Shown here in pieces: positions 1-17,777 of a stretch of 64,000 nucleotides of DNA; the first letter of the stretch is position 1; each line of letters begins with the position of its first letter. This DNA comes from the human T2T-CHM13v2.0 reference genome, Homo sapiens. Position numbers and translations under genes: made by a program. The notes below the pieces were generated by a model. It did not search any database. It saw only the letters and a program-made list of their open reading frames with translations, and was not told the DNA's origin. The DNA lies in assembly GCF_009914755.1 (NCBI RefSeq), contig NC_060928.1; one strand, written 5' to 3'.

Positions 1-1127
1 TGCTCTTGAAGAACATAGGGTCCTTGCAATGACATTTGTGCTGCTTGAAGTGGGGACCAATCCTGGGTAACCTTTTATGAAATCACTGAATGGCAGCTAG
101 CCTAATACTGGTTGTCCTCCTTTAGGCGATGACATTTGAGCTGCTGCGATCTTCATCTTGCAGCATCTCAAAGCCAATTATTCATCCAGGTTTTCAGCAG
201 CATTAGCAATGATTCCTTCTTTTTCTTGCTGACTTTATAAAATGTATTTTGGCACTGTCAATTAGCCATGTATTCAAAAAGACAAGCTTTGGGTGAATGT
301 TGACTCAGGCTCACACCCATGCTAATGATAGAAGTGCTGTAACTACACAGCCAACTCCCCATAATAAGAGGGAATGTACACATAAATTGAAAAATTTATT
401 AATCCTATTAGTTTAATCATTAAAGTCAAATTTTCGATTATCCATGCTAAATTAAGGAAGCAATTTATAGGTAATCCAAAATATCTTTTTGTATTAGACT
501 TGGCTCTTTGCTTGCAATTTACTACAAGTAATATGACACTTGAGAGGTGGCAACATAAAAAAGCATATAATTCTTGCAGCTGGGATTTAGTAAAAACATA
601 AAAACTTGTTTGCAACCAAAAAAAACTTGGTTTAGATTTAAAGACAGCCATGGATCCACAAAGCAGTCTATGTATAAAGAATGGAGTATATTTTTAAACA
701 TCCACTCTAAATTGTTTTTTTTTAGAGAGTTTGCTGGATTAGAGAGTCAGTGGGTGTTCCTTAAATTATCCACACATCTCTTATCCATTTTCTGCCCGGC
801 TAGTGTCCCCAAGAAGCTGACACTGGGAGGCATCAGTAGAAAATCAGAAGACAGAAGAAATAGAGATATAAGGGTACCACTCCCTGCTCTCTGTGTCCAT
901 GAAGAAGTCTATGGCACTCTGTATGTCTTAAGAACTATCTTAGGGGCCTTCCTCTAGGGTTGCAGTTGTCAGGGGCTGCGGTTTCCACCATTGTCCCTTT
1001 ACACCCAAAGCTGTTTATATGCTTCCCATTTTTGCTAGTGTCTTTGCATCTCACCACCTCTTATTCCCTTCACTCAGCCTACACATCTGTCCATTGTCCC
1101 TGCATTAAAGTGTTTGCATTTGAACCA

Positions 1128-1493
1128 TGCTATGGTCTGAATGTGCCCCCCAAAATTATATGTTGAAACAATTGCCAATGCAATAGTATTAAGAGGTGGG
1201 GACTTTAGGGGGTGATTAAGTCATGAGGGCTCCACCCTCGTGTATGGGTTTAAAGCCTTATTTTAAAAAGCTTTGCATAGCATTTGCTCCCTTTGCTTTT
1301 CCACCTTTTGTTATGTAGGAATGCAGCAAGAGGTGCTATCTTGGAAGAAGACAGCACCCCTCACTAGACACCAGATCTACCAGTGCCTTGATTTTGGACT
1401 CCCCTGCCTCCAGAACGGTGATAAAATAAATTTTTGTTCTTTATAGATTTCCCAGTCTTCATATCTTGTTACAGCAGTGAACAGACTAAGACA
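1128..1493 (+). mobile_element. MaLR solo LTR (MST-type)
   Basis: TGCTATGGTCTGAATG...GACTAAGACA termini; internal AATAAA; 5-bp TSD aacca/agcca. Confidence 0.85.
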
Positions 1494-1698
1494 AGCCACC
1501 TGATGTTACTTATTACCTGCTGGAACCCTGATTCCTGCAGAGAAACTAAAAATATATAGACATAAACTGCTTTGATTTTATCTTTGTAAATCTCTAATTA
1601 TCAGAATTGCCTGGAAAATATTTTTTAAACACAGATGACTGGGTTCAATCTCAGTCCTTCTGTAAAGGATGGAGCAAATAGGACTAAGTCTGGTTCAT

Positions 1699-2098
1699 TG
1701 ATATGGTTTGGGTATGTGTGTCTTTGCCCAAAGCTCATGTCAACTTATAATCCCCAGTGTTGAAGGTGGTGCCCGGTGGGAGGTGATGGACTGATGAGGG
1801 TGGACTTCTCATGGTTTAGCACTATCCCCCACTTGGTACTGTATAGTGAGTTATCATGAGATCTGGTTGTTTTAAAAGTGTGTAGCACCTCCCCCATCTC
1901 TCTCTTCCTCCTGCTCCAGCCATGTAAGACGAGTCTGCTTCCCCTTTCCCTTCTACCATAATTATAAGTTTCCTGAAGCCTCCCCAGAAGCAGCAGCCTG
2001 TACAACCTGCAGAACCATGAGACAATTAAACCTCTTTTCTTTATATATTACCCAGTTTCAGGTATTTCTTTATAGCAGTGCAAGAACAGACTAATGCA
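1699..2098 (+). mobile_element. MaLR solo LTR (MSTA-like)
   Basis: TGATATGGTTTGG...GACTAATGCA termini; perfect TSD ttcat at 1694-1698 and 2099-2103. Confidence 0.9.
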
Positions 2099-2502
2099 TT
2101 CATTCATTATTATGTACCCAGCATTTAACCCAAGACCCTACATTGTGTACCCAGCATTTAACCCAAGACCTTCAATAATCATTTTTAAAGCATTGTTTAT
2201 ACATAGTAAAACAAATTAAAGTAGCAAAATGAGATTCATAATTGAAAGTAAGATTCTACACAGAATGAATGTATTATTTAATTATAATAATATAACACAT
2301 CAATAATTATATATGACATATATAATAAATTTAATAGTATTTATATTTACTTAAATATATAGTTCTGGGCTGATATTAAAACATGGTTAATATTGTGGTG
2401 ATCACAATATTCAAATCTGAGAATTTGTCAAACAACTCTCATCTTCTCTACACAGTGTATGTTAGGCAAATAGTAATGAAGTTATTTTTTCTTCCAGAAA
2501 TC

Positions 2503-2585
2503 TGAATGAATCAGAATGTCTAAAGGTAGAGTCTAGGAATTTATATTTTTAGAAATTCCTTCAGATGATTCTGATGACCAGTTAC
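2503..2585. mobile_element. MER5A-like hAT fragment
   Basis: gaatcagaat...ggaatttatattttt...cagatgattctgatg resembles the MER5A core. Confidence 0.55.
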
Positions 2586-4068
2586 TTCCACAAACGCTAA
2601 TCTTTTACTTACAATGTTAGATCTGGAGGAGCTTTTAGCCATAATCTAGTTCTACTAATGTGTTTAGAAATTGACCAACTTTAAGTCTGAGAGATTAAAT
2701 AACTTGTCATATATAATCGTAATATTTTCATACTTAGCAATACATTTGGGGACAAATGACAAGAAATGAGAAATGGAACTAAAAGAAAAAGTTTTCACCA
2801 AAAAAGGCAAAAACTAATCTAAAAACTAAGCTTGGCCTGAAGGACTATGAGAGTTCAGCTCTGTGTAGGCTGTAGGACATTCTAAGGGTGGGCTCACCAC
2901 AGATCATGCCCACCCTTAGACCCTTGATCAGGATCCTGTCACAAGGTAACTAAGGAGAGTTTCTTCCTTCATGGCCTTTCTTTTCTACAGGCATTCATCC
3001 AATTATGCCCAATACTTGAAAAGAAGTATCTATATCGACCTTCTCTTCCATAAAAATTTCTCAAACAACTCTTATCTCCATGCAGCATAAATTAGGCAAA
3101 TAGTAGTGAAGTTATTTTTTCCTCCAGAAATCTGACAGTAATTTAAAATTCACTTGCAAACATAATATTTTGTGAAAATATGCCAAAAATGTTTAATACC
3201 TAACCCTCTTACTTCTGCCTGTATATTAACATGATTAGAAAATATTTGTGCCTAGATATTCATCAGAAAGTAAACATTTAGTCGCCTAGCTGATATTCAC
3301 AAAATTATTTTACTCTGTTCAAATGGAATTTGCTGCTGACTACAGTAATTCTTCTATCTTTTAAAAGGAGCTCTGTGGCTACTATTTTCAAAAATATTCA
3401 ATAGCTCCAAATAAATGTGTTCACATAGTTTTTAAAGTACCAATAAAGTAAAATTTAGTATCTGCAAGAAAATAATCATTCTTTTTTAAATTGTCTTAAA
3501 GACTATAAGTATTAATAGCATTAATAGTAATTTGCATTGATAAAACACTACATGTTAGTTATATGCTGAGCATTATGCACAGAGTACCCCATTTATACAA
3601 AAAAATGCAAGATACTTAGGCAATTATTATTTGTGAATATTTGTGTGTATATATATATACACATACATATATGAGCATAAATTATATTAACATTATAAAA
3701 GTATAATACTATGTCAATAGTTACATAATGACATGTATTACATTATATACTATTTATAACTTATTTACTTAAGTATACAGAGAACATTTCTGGGCAGATG
3801 TTAAGACACAGTTAATATTGTAGCAATCACTGGTGTTTGCCCACCCAATAGCCATTCTCCTTCTTTTTTGCCAACGGAACAGAGGATGAGTTATGATTGA
3901 CCTAAACCAGTCATGGCAATCTTGTTCTCTTTTACCAATGGTGAGTCTAGGTTCTTGCCTGGGGATGAGAGATAAGGAGAAGTCTGCTTACAGCTTCTGG
4001 AAAGGATTTCCCACGTCATAGAATACAGACGTGCGTGAGCATCCTTCCTGCTTAGAAAATTTTCATTT

Positions 4069-4285
4069 CACTCGAGGCCTGAGTTTGAGACCAGCCTGGC
4101 CAACATGGTGAAACCCCGTCTCTACAAAAAATACAAAAATTAGCTAGGAATGGTGGCACCTGCCTGTAGTCCCAGCTACTCGGGAGGCTGAGGCATGAGG
4201 TGGAGTTTGCAGTGACCCGAGATTGTGCCACTGCACTCCAGCCTGAATGACAGAGCAGGATCCTGTCTCAAAAAAACACAAAAAA
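4069..4285 (+). mobile_element. Partial Alu
   Basis: gagaccagcctggccaacatggtgaaacccc, tcccagctactcgggaggctgagg, A-rich tail. Confidence 0.9.
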
Positions 4286-5074
4286 GCAGACATGTGCCTG
4301 CTCTTTCTCTAGGGCAATTCACTTAAGAAGAAGAAAACTGCTAGGACCTGGAGTTGGGCTCTGAGAAAATAACAGGGGGAAGAATGTGAGCATCTAGCTC
4401 AAATGCTTCTGTGTGTAGTCCTTTGAGAAAGGACTAGGTCTTGATACACTACTTTAGTTATTATATATGTGTTACATTTTGGTTGAGAGGCCATATGAAT
4501 GTGTTGGTTTTAAATAGTTCCACCCCTGACTCTCCACCTTAATGTACCCATGATGCTGTAGCATACCTATTTTTAGCTCTCACTTTTTACCTAGTTGGCT
4601 GTGTATAAATGACCTTAAGGCCTTTCCCCAGTAAGAAAGTCTCCAGAATCCCAAAATGTAAAACTATGTTCCTTTTTACCCTGTTTTCAATACTGTCAAC
4701 CCTAGAATACTCAGAAATAGAATTGTTTGTATGTTGTTATTTTTGTATAATCATACTACAATGTCTGTGAGTTTACTTTAGCTATGATAATTCAAACTGA
4801 ATGTGAGTTCACTACACAAAGCTCTGTTGCCAATATCTATTTTCTCCTCTTTTATAGGAGAAAGTGGGTTGTCCAGTTATAGAAAGTGTTATTTTGTAAT
4901 GATAGAGTGAGAAAATCACTTCCCTGTCACCCCAGCATGCTCATACATACACATACACTCAAAATGGAGCTTTTAAATGGAATTGTGCTATAACTAATTC
5001 AAGCCTACATTTTCTTCCACCCTAGCAATATGTGCTGTGAATCTACAGTCTGTGAAACCATCAGGCCACAGGGT

Positions 5075-5215
5075 GTGGTAGACTGAGCCCAGGCTTTGGA
5101 ATTAGACAGACCTGAATTAGAAACCAGACTTTGCCGTTTACTAGCTGTGTGACCTTGGGTGAGTTACTTAACCTCTCTTGGTCTCTGGTTCTTCATTGGA
5201 AAACCAAGGACAACA
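5075..5215 (+). mobile_element. MIR
   Basis: Core actagctgtgtgaccttgggtgagttacttaacctctc. Confidence 0.8.
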
Positions 5216-6213
5216 CTAACCTAGAAATTGTTTGTTTTTCCTAGAAAAGGAACTTAAAAATTTAGCTTAGTTATCCGGCTTCCTTTCATTCTCTCTACAA
5301 ATAAAGGTCAAAAAATAAGTGTATGCCAAATATGAATGTCCAATCAGACATTATAGACACATTTTCTTTCCACTTTGGAAAAATGTTGTCATTCATTAAA
5401 AACTATAGTTGGATTTAAAATAAGATATCCTCAAGTATTAGAGCAATATAAAAAATACCTAATTTTCTTTAGTTTTTGATTGAATATGACAGCTACTAAA
5501 TTATACACAAAAGTTTGATATTAAAGGATTCAAACATAAAACACTAATCCAATGACACACTGACATTGAAACTGGATTTCAAAAGAAAAACAATCAATAA
5601 CATATGCTTCGAACACAGAATACAAAATCAAAATAATAGGTGAAAATTAAAATTTTCTTTTTAATTATAACTGAAAAACTTAGAGAAAACATTCTAAGTT
5701 TCAAAAGTTTCAAAAAATATTTTCAACTATGTACTCAAACAGTTTTTTTGCTTGAATAGAAGGAACCATTAATTTAATAAACTGAAGTAAACAATTTAAA
5801 ATTTAAGAGACTACATATCTTTTAAAGTGTTTCAAATTTTATTAAAATTTGATAACATTATTTTGCTATTACACTATTTTGCTGACAGAGGTAAGTTCTG
5901 ATCCTGAAATGATAGCCCAGGACAGTTGAAGTCAAGCTAGTTGACCACACCCTTTGATGCCCCCTCTGTCTGGCCATCAAATCTGGGCAGGCTGGGATTT
6001 AGCTCTGAGCTTTGAATCTGTTTCAGGCAGATGGCAGCAGCAGAAGCTGCTTCTCTAGGAACTTTTTGATCCAGGGCCTGTTCTGATTAGAAGCTTACTC
6101 TAACCCACATAGGTGAAGGTGTCAGTAGTCTCTGCTGACTCCTCTGGAAGATTTCACATTGTCTCAGTTAAGCTACATCATAACAGCCATTTTGCTTTAA
6201 AATCATATGTTGA

Positions 6214-6342
6214 GACAGGACACAGTAGCGTTCTTGAAGTCCCAGCTACTCAGGAGTCTGAGGTGGAAGATCACTTGAGCCTAGGAGTTCAAGGCCAGCC
6301 TAGGCAACATAGAGAGACCCTGTCTCTAAAACAAAAACAAAA
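6214..6342 (+). mobile_element. Free Alu monomer (FLAM-like)
   Basis: tcccagctactcaggagtctgagg...agaccctgtctct + A tail; single arm only. Confidence 0.8.
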
Positions 6343-9300
6343 ATCAGAAAATCATTTATTGATAATTGTTCATTGCATGTACATGAATTTAATGTTCTTT
6401 TCCTAATGTGTCACATTCTATTAGATTTAAATATACAACTTCATTGGTGTTTTTCCTAAAAATCTTTGGTTAATGTTCAAATGTGTCACTAAAAGTTTTA
6501 TTTCAGTTTTAGAATGTCATTTCATTGGTAGAAACGTATGAGTTTAAGCCTCATTTGGTGGGGAATAGTTTACATATATTTAAAATATCCACTTTTCCCT
6601 TAAGAAGCTTTTGCCAAAACCTGTTCCAGTATTTGAACTTGTCCTTAATACTTAAGATTTTGTGAGGATTCCAGGATACTGAAACACTAAGTCCTGATCG
6701 TAGTGATTAGAGAGACATTGTGAGATTTCTTCCCAGTTTTCTTCAAGAGCATCCTCTCTTTCTCCCTCAACTATAACATTAGCAGTGAGCCCTTCTTCCT
6801 ACATTTATACCAAATAAACCCAACACTCTCTGATTTAAAAAAAAAAAGGGGGGGGTGGTGAACATCTGATCCATGAGCCAAGTCAGTCTGATTATTTTTC
6901 TCTTGAAAATCTGATGCCCCATGGCACTCAACGATCCTTCGTCTCCTGAATTCCATGAGGAGCATCTGTATAATAAATCCTCCTGTATTTTAAGTGGCCA
7001 GAATGAGTTTGTTTCTTGCAACCAAATGAGCTCTAAGGCAGAGTGAAGCCATATTCTCTTAAAAATTCTACATGTCTAACTCTATCCACAGCAAGGGAGT
7101 ATTTGATAATGGCATCTTCTTTGAAATACTTCCATCCAAGATTTCTGTTCATTCTTTTAAGCTACCGACATTTAAACTTAATGTTAATTACAGTATTGGA
7201 TTAGATATATATGGCCTTAGAGAAAGTCAGACCATCATATTTTGTAATTCAATTCCTTTATAGAGAGTGAGTTGTAAAATTTATGAGTCACTTTACATTC
7301 GCCCTACTCTTTTCAAAGTGAAGATGCTTCCTTTTACTTGATGAAGAAGAATGGTAGGAGTTGAGTAACTATGCCTTCTTCATAGCATCTGTTAACATTT
7401 ACTCTCTTTTCCGAGCAGTAGGCCTATTCTTTTCATGCTGAACTACTTCTTCCAAGCATTGCTAAATAAGCTCTAGTGTTTTTGTCAAGCCTCCACTAAT
7501 TTGGTACCCAGCAAAGGACTATTAATTCATTTACCTTTCAATTTGAGGGATAAGGAATCATTTATCTTTTAATCTAAGGTAAGAGTAAATGAATTTGGGA
7601 GGATACAAACAAGTTTCTTTCAAAAAAAAATAGAAAAAAATGTGTTAAAAATAATTGTGGCAAATAGATAAATTGGGAATTCACCTCATGGAGAAAATAC
7701 ACATGACTGCACAGGTTCTGAAGAATATCCTTATAGCCAAATGGAATAGCCTAAAATTTCTGTGATCATTTGCTTTTTCTTGGCATCTCTAGAACTATGA
7801 TTTTTCACAGCCAAGGTGCATGCTGTTTTAACAGTCACAAATTAGGATGTTTTCAACTTTGTCCTGGTGGAATTGTCCTGTTTCAGTACAACACACACGT
7901 GCTATGCAATAGATATCTATTGAAAAAATAAATCTCTCTTCAAGACTATAAAGACATTTGAGCTGATTGCACCAGGGATTGACATGAGTTGAGAGAAATC
8001 TCCTGCCTGGCAAGCAGCGTTTGGCTCTGCTCCTAGAAGCTAAACCTGGATAGCAAGTCCAGCCAGGCTTTTCTTTTCTCTCTTCTGAATTGGTATGTGC
8101 CACTTTCATCCCTATTTCATTAAAAATAATAAACTCTTTATGTCTCTAGTTCAGGTGACTCCCTCCTTCTCCAGAAGCTTCCTAAGGCTTACACTGGCTA
8201 TTCTGCAAGCAGTATTCATACCTGTTGTTGAAAGACAGGAACCTCTGCTTCCAGCTTCTATTAATATCATAGTAAGAGACAAAGCAAAAACAAAAACAAA
8301 AACCCTATGCTGAGAGAGAGAGAGAGACTCATGAGAATGCACAAACAGTCCAGCATTCCTTCCTATCTAGATGCTGTGGAAAGAAATAGAAGTACAGATG
8401 CTCCATTGCTTTATATTCACATATGCCACAGCATACACTGTGATCTGGATAATAAATGCTGGAGTTATACTTCCTATGTTAAACTTTACAGCTACTGTTA
8501 ATGGAATGTCATCTATGTAACAGACGCTGTAGTGATGGCATTATATACTCACTAAATTTTTACAATAACTCTGCAAGACACATATTAGTTTTTCTATATA
8601 ATAGAAGATGAAACTGAGTTTCAGAGAGGGTAAATGATTAGTCAGAGTTCAGCTGGTATTTATGAGTGTGGTTAAATCTGCAATTTGACAGACCCTAAAG
8701 TACTGTCCTGCATTAATTTTTTATTAAGGAAAATTGTTCAGAATCACACTGTACCCCTAGACATACATTTTGGAAGATGAGATAATACTTCTAAGATGAT
8801 GTGATTTCTTTGATGAAATTATTTTGCAAATAATTGCAGTTAATAGGCACATTACCACAGTTAAAGATACTATAATGAAAAACATTAATTTACCAATATC
8901 CTCCAACTTCTCAATTTCAATGAATTTTACACTTCAGATTATTTGCACTGGAGACTAAGGTCTTGCTCATACAATAGATCAGATAGCTCAAGCTGTGTAT
9001 AGAATGGTGTTTAGTTTTTTCCACCTTCAACAGAACAAGTAAAAGTAGTCTTAACTGATGTAGATTATGCACAAATATCTTTCCAGTAAAGAGGTGTGAA
9101 ATCTTGGAATTTTACTTGCTATTTTTGTCTAGGGAAAGGCAATCTATTCTGTGAGACACAGATTTTACCTTTTAAACAAGGGGCCCTTAAGGGTGAACTG
9201 TTATAAATGTGCAATACCTGCATATAGGAAAGCTGGTACAATCAGACATTTCAAATTTTTTCCTAAGAACAGAAGTTGTATTAAGAAACAGGGAAAAAAG

Positions 9301-10313
9301 GAGGAGGTTCCAAGATGGCCGAATAGGAACAGCTCCAGTCTACAGCTTCCAGCGTGAGCGATGCAGAAGACTGGAGATTTCTGCATTTCCAGCTGAAGTA
9401 CCGGGTTCATCTCACTGGGGCTTGTCGGACAGTGGGTGCAGCCCACAGAGCGTGAGCCAAAGCAGGGCAGGGAATCACCTCACCCGGGAAGCTAAAGGGG
9501 TCGGGGAATTCCCTTTCTTAGCCAAGGGAAGCCATGACAGATGGTACCTGGAAAATCGGGACACTTCCACCCTAATACTGCACTTTTACAACGGTCTTAG
9601 CAAATGGCACACCAGGAGATTATATCCTGCGCATGGCTCAGAGGATCTCATGCCCATGGAGCCTCGCTCACTGTTAGCACAGCAGCCTGAGATCCAACTG
9701 CAAGGTGGCAGCAAGGCTGCGGAAGGGGCGTCTGCCATTGCTGAGGCTTCAGTAGGTAAACAAAGCTGCCAGGAAGCTTGAACTGGGTGGAGCCCACCAC
9801 AGCTCAAGGAGGCCTGCCTGCCTCTGTAGACTCCACCTCTGGGGGTAGGGCATAGCTGAACAAAAGGCAGCAGAAATTTCTGCAGACGTAAACATCCCTG
9901 TCTGACAGCTTTGAAGAGAGTAGTGGTTCTCCCAGCACAGAGTTTGAGATCTGAGAACGGACAGACTGCCCCCTCAAGTAGGTCCCTGACCCCTGAGTAG
10001 CCTAACTGGGAGACACCTCCCAGTAGGGGCTGACTGACACCTCATACAGCTGGGTGCCCCTCTGAGACAAAGCTTCCAGAGGAAGGATCAGGCAGCAACA
10101 TCTGCCATTCTGCAATATTTGCTGTTCTTCAGCCTCCTCTGGTGATACCCAGGCAAACAGGGTCTGGAGTGGACCTCCAGCAAACTCCAACAGACCTGCA
10201 GCTGAGGATCCTGACTGTTAGAAGGAAAACTAACAAACAGAAAGGACATCCACACCAAAACCCCATCTGTATGTCACCATCATCAAAGACCAAAGGTAGA
10301 TAAAACCACAAAG

Positions 10314-11333
10314 ATGGGGAGAAACCAGAACAGAAAGCTGAAAATTCTAAAAATCAGAGCGCCTCTTCTCCTCCAAAGGAATGCAGCTCCTCACCAGCAA
10401 CAGACCAAAGCTGGATGGAGAATGACTTTGACGAGTTGAAAGAAGAAGGCTTCAGACGATTGGTAATAACAAACTTCTCCGAGCTAAAGGAGGATGTTTG
10501 AACCCATCGCAAAGAAGCTAAAAACCTTGAAAAAAGATTAGACGAATGGCTAACTAGAATAAACAGCAAAGAGAAGACCATAAATGACCTGATGGAGCTG
10601 AAAACTATGGCACGAGAATTAGGTGATGCATGCACAAGCTTCAGTAGCTGATTCAATCAAGTGGAAGAAAGGGTATCGGTGATTGAAGATCAAATGAACA
10701 AAATGAAGCGAGAAGAGAAGTTTATAGAAAAAAGAATAAAAAGAAACAAACAAAGCCTCTAAGAAATATGGGACTATGTGAAAAGAACAACTCCACATCT
10801 GATTGGTGTACCTGAAAGTGATGGGGAGAATGGAACCAAGTTGGAAAACACTCCTCAGGATATTATCCAGGAGAACTTCCCCAACCTAGCAAGGCAGGCC
10901 AACATTCAAATTCAGGAAATACAGAGAACACCATAAAGATACTTCTCGAGAAGAGCAACTCCAAGACACATAATTGTCAGATTCACCAAAGTTGAAATGA
11001 AGGAAAAAATGTTAAGGGCAGCCAGAGAGAAAGGTTGGGTTACTCACAAAGGGAAGCCCATCAGACTAACAGCTGAACTCTTGGCAGAAACTATACAAGC
11101 CAGAAAAGAGTGGGGGCCAATATTCAACATTCTTAAAGAATTTTCAACACAGAATTTCATATACAGCCAAACTAAGCTACATAAGTGGAGCAGAAATAAA
11201 ATCCTTTACAGACAAGCAAATGCTGAGAGATTTTGTAACCACCAGGCCTGCCCTACAAGAGCTCCTGAAGGAAGCACTAAACATGGAAAGGAATAACCGG
11301 TACCAGCCACTACAAAAACATGCCAAATTGTAA
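10314..11333 (+). pseudogene. L1 ORF1 remnant
   Basis: ATGGGGAGAAACCAG start; MKEKMLRAAREKG motif in the ORF track; interrupted by stops and frameshifts. Confidence 0.9.
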
Positions 11334-11396
11334 ACATCATCGATGCTGGGAAGAAACTGCATCAACTAACGAGCAAAATAACCAGCTAACATCATA

Positions 11397-15104
<3,708 letters not shown>

Positions 15105-15649
15105 ACAATGAGGACACTTGGACACAGGATGGGGAACATCACACACCACGGCCTGTCATGGGATTTGGGGAGGGGAGAAGGATAGCATTAGGAGATATAC
15201 CTAATGTAAATGATGAGTTAATGGGTGCAGCACACCAACATGGCACATGTATACATATGTAACAAACCTGCACGTTGTGCACACATACCCTAGAACTTAA
15301 AGTATAATAATAATAAAAAAAAGAAACAGGAAAAAAAGAAAAACTGATAGGAAATACCAAAATAACAAATAAACAACTAAGCTGGAGCCTTGAAATCAAA
15401 CTCAAATGTTAACAGTTGAGGGACTATGTTTTTATCTTCTGCTTATTGAGTTTATTTTAGTCCTGCTTCTTTCTAAAATAGACTTGGAGAAAATCCTCAA
15501 GAAATCAACATATAAAATAAGGCTAATAAAACAGAGAGAAAATCAAGACCAGGGCAAGCAGGGAAAGAACACACATGCTAACCTACCCTAAGTGTTAAAA
15601 TAATTCTTGTGACAGAATTTAACTCTGAGATTCCTGGCAGTCACTTAAA

Positions 15650-16030
15650 AAAAAAAAGACTTTTTTGGAATGATTTTAGGTTCACAAGAAAATTGAGCAG
15701 AAAGGACAGAATCTTCCCATATTCTTTGTGTGCTCTCATACACAACCTCTCCCATTATCAACATGGTACATTTGTTATAAATGATGAACCTACATTGCCA
15801 CATGATTACCACCTGAAGTGCATAGTTTACATTAGGTTTACTCTTGGTGTTGTATATTCTACAAATATATATTGGGTTTTGGCAAATATAGAATGACATG
15901 TATCTACCATTATAGTATCATACGGAATAGTTCCATTACCCTAAAAATTCTCTGTTTTCTGCCTAGTCATCCCTCTCTCCAACCCTGGAAACCACTGATG
16001 GTTTTACTGTTGCCATAGTTTTCTGGAATC
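15650..16030 (-). mobile_element. Old L1 (L1MA/MB-type) 3' fragment
   Basis: ttttaggttcacaagaaaattgagcagaaagg...atgaacctacattg motifs typical of L1M 3' ends in antisense. Confidence 0.7.
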
Positions 16031-17777
16031 CACTTTTAAAAGGAAAGTTTGATATAGTACGTTTAACGAGAAAAGAGAAGACGTAACATTTTCTCAAAGA
16101 GACAGAATTTTTCGTAGCCCTAAATTCTGTAAGAAATGAATTACCTTATGGGATCAAGATGGATGCATCAGATAACATCCACAACAGTCTTTCAGAAGGT
16201 ACATAGGCAGATCTTATTTGACTATTTCTTGTAAAAAAAAAAAAAAAAAAAAGCTCATAAAAGCTAAAGTCCAACTCAGTAAGAGAAGAGTCTTCCAAGT
16301 TCTAAATTTAGCTATAAGAGACTAGCTTTATCAAAGGTTAATACCTGTGAAACCCAGAGGAGTTGGCAATGTATCTCCTATCTAGACTCACTTCCATAAA
16401 TATCATTTATTTTAACAAGGATTTTTACAAGCACTAAAGTTTTGTCAGAAAAATAGGTCTTCTGTGTTGTTTGAGACCAGATGCACGTTTTGGAGTCCAG
16501 AAGGGTAGAACGACAATTTATTATGAAAGGTGAAAAGCTTAGCTAGTACTTTCTCAATGTAGCAGTGGGATGCAAGGGTGTTTTAGGCAACTTTAAATTA
16601 GCACAAATACTTTGATTAAAAATTCAGTTGTGATTAGTGATTCACAACACAACATGCAAGAGTGGTTTAGGCACAGAAAATGTTAATGTAAGTGTTTGCA
16701 ATGGTCTGCCTTGGAAATAGAAAAACCTGAGTAGAGAACCATTGAATTTCCAGCAGGAAAGTCTCCACTTGAGTTAAGGAGGCAAACAATATTTGTTGAG
16801 TACTTACTACATGTGTCATGTATGGGGCTACGTACTTTATGCAATTTACCTAGTTTAACTGGGTGAGTTACATGTTAAGAATTCCCCAGTAAATATATTG
16901 ACTTGCTGTATGATGAGAGTCTTTGACTAAATGGAATTTGAAGAATGATTTTCAAAGAAAATATTTTTTTCAGTAATGTCATAATGTTTAGTTTTTCTGA
17001 CAGTAATTAAATATACTAAGTTCGCTGGCTTCTTGAAGGACATGGAAAAAAGAAGGTTATGCATTCAATTAAAAGTTTTCACTTTCCTCGTTGGCACACT
17101 AGAAAAATACATATTCCAGTTTCCCTTGCAGTTAAGTTGGGGGCCCTGTGACTAGGCAGTGGCAAATGGCAGGCCACAGATCCCCAGGTCTGATTGCCTA
17201 TGTTCTCTCTCTCCCTTGTCCATGTGTCTACAAAAGAACTCCTAAAAGAGAGAATGATGGAAGGAGCTCAGATCCTTGAGTAGCCACTTATGGAGACTTG
17301 TTTAGGAGAGCTGTCCAACCTGCATTAAACTTTGCACTATTGCAAGGAATTTTTATTGTGTTAAGCCAAAGATGTTGGGAGTAGTGTGTTACAGGATATA
17401 ACTAGCTTTACCACTGCTGGTTTTATGATACTAAAAATTTATTGTCAACACAGAATAATCTTCCAATTTTACAAATAAAAACATAAATCGAAAATTAAAA
17501 AAAGTATCAGATCATTGACACAATTTTTAAAAGGCTGAAAGGTTAAAATATAACTACTTTGTAACACTTGAAACTGCTTTCTTATTTGTTGGTCAGCCAT
17601 TTCTGCCTATTTCAATTCTTCTTGTGATATTAAAATGGTATTAAAGGTCTATTAAATAAGGTCTTCTATTGTCTTTGGCAAAATTATTTGAAGATAGGTG
17701 AGAAACATCCACAGTAATAGCTGTGCCTGAAGCTGTTGATTTCTCATATGTGCTACATTAGACCAAAAGATCAATGC

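Noticed and set aside
9209-9781. 190-aa ORF across the L1 5' junction
   Set aside because: Chance read-through of the GC-rich L1 5'UTR with a non-ATG start
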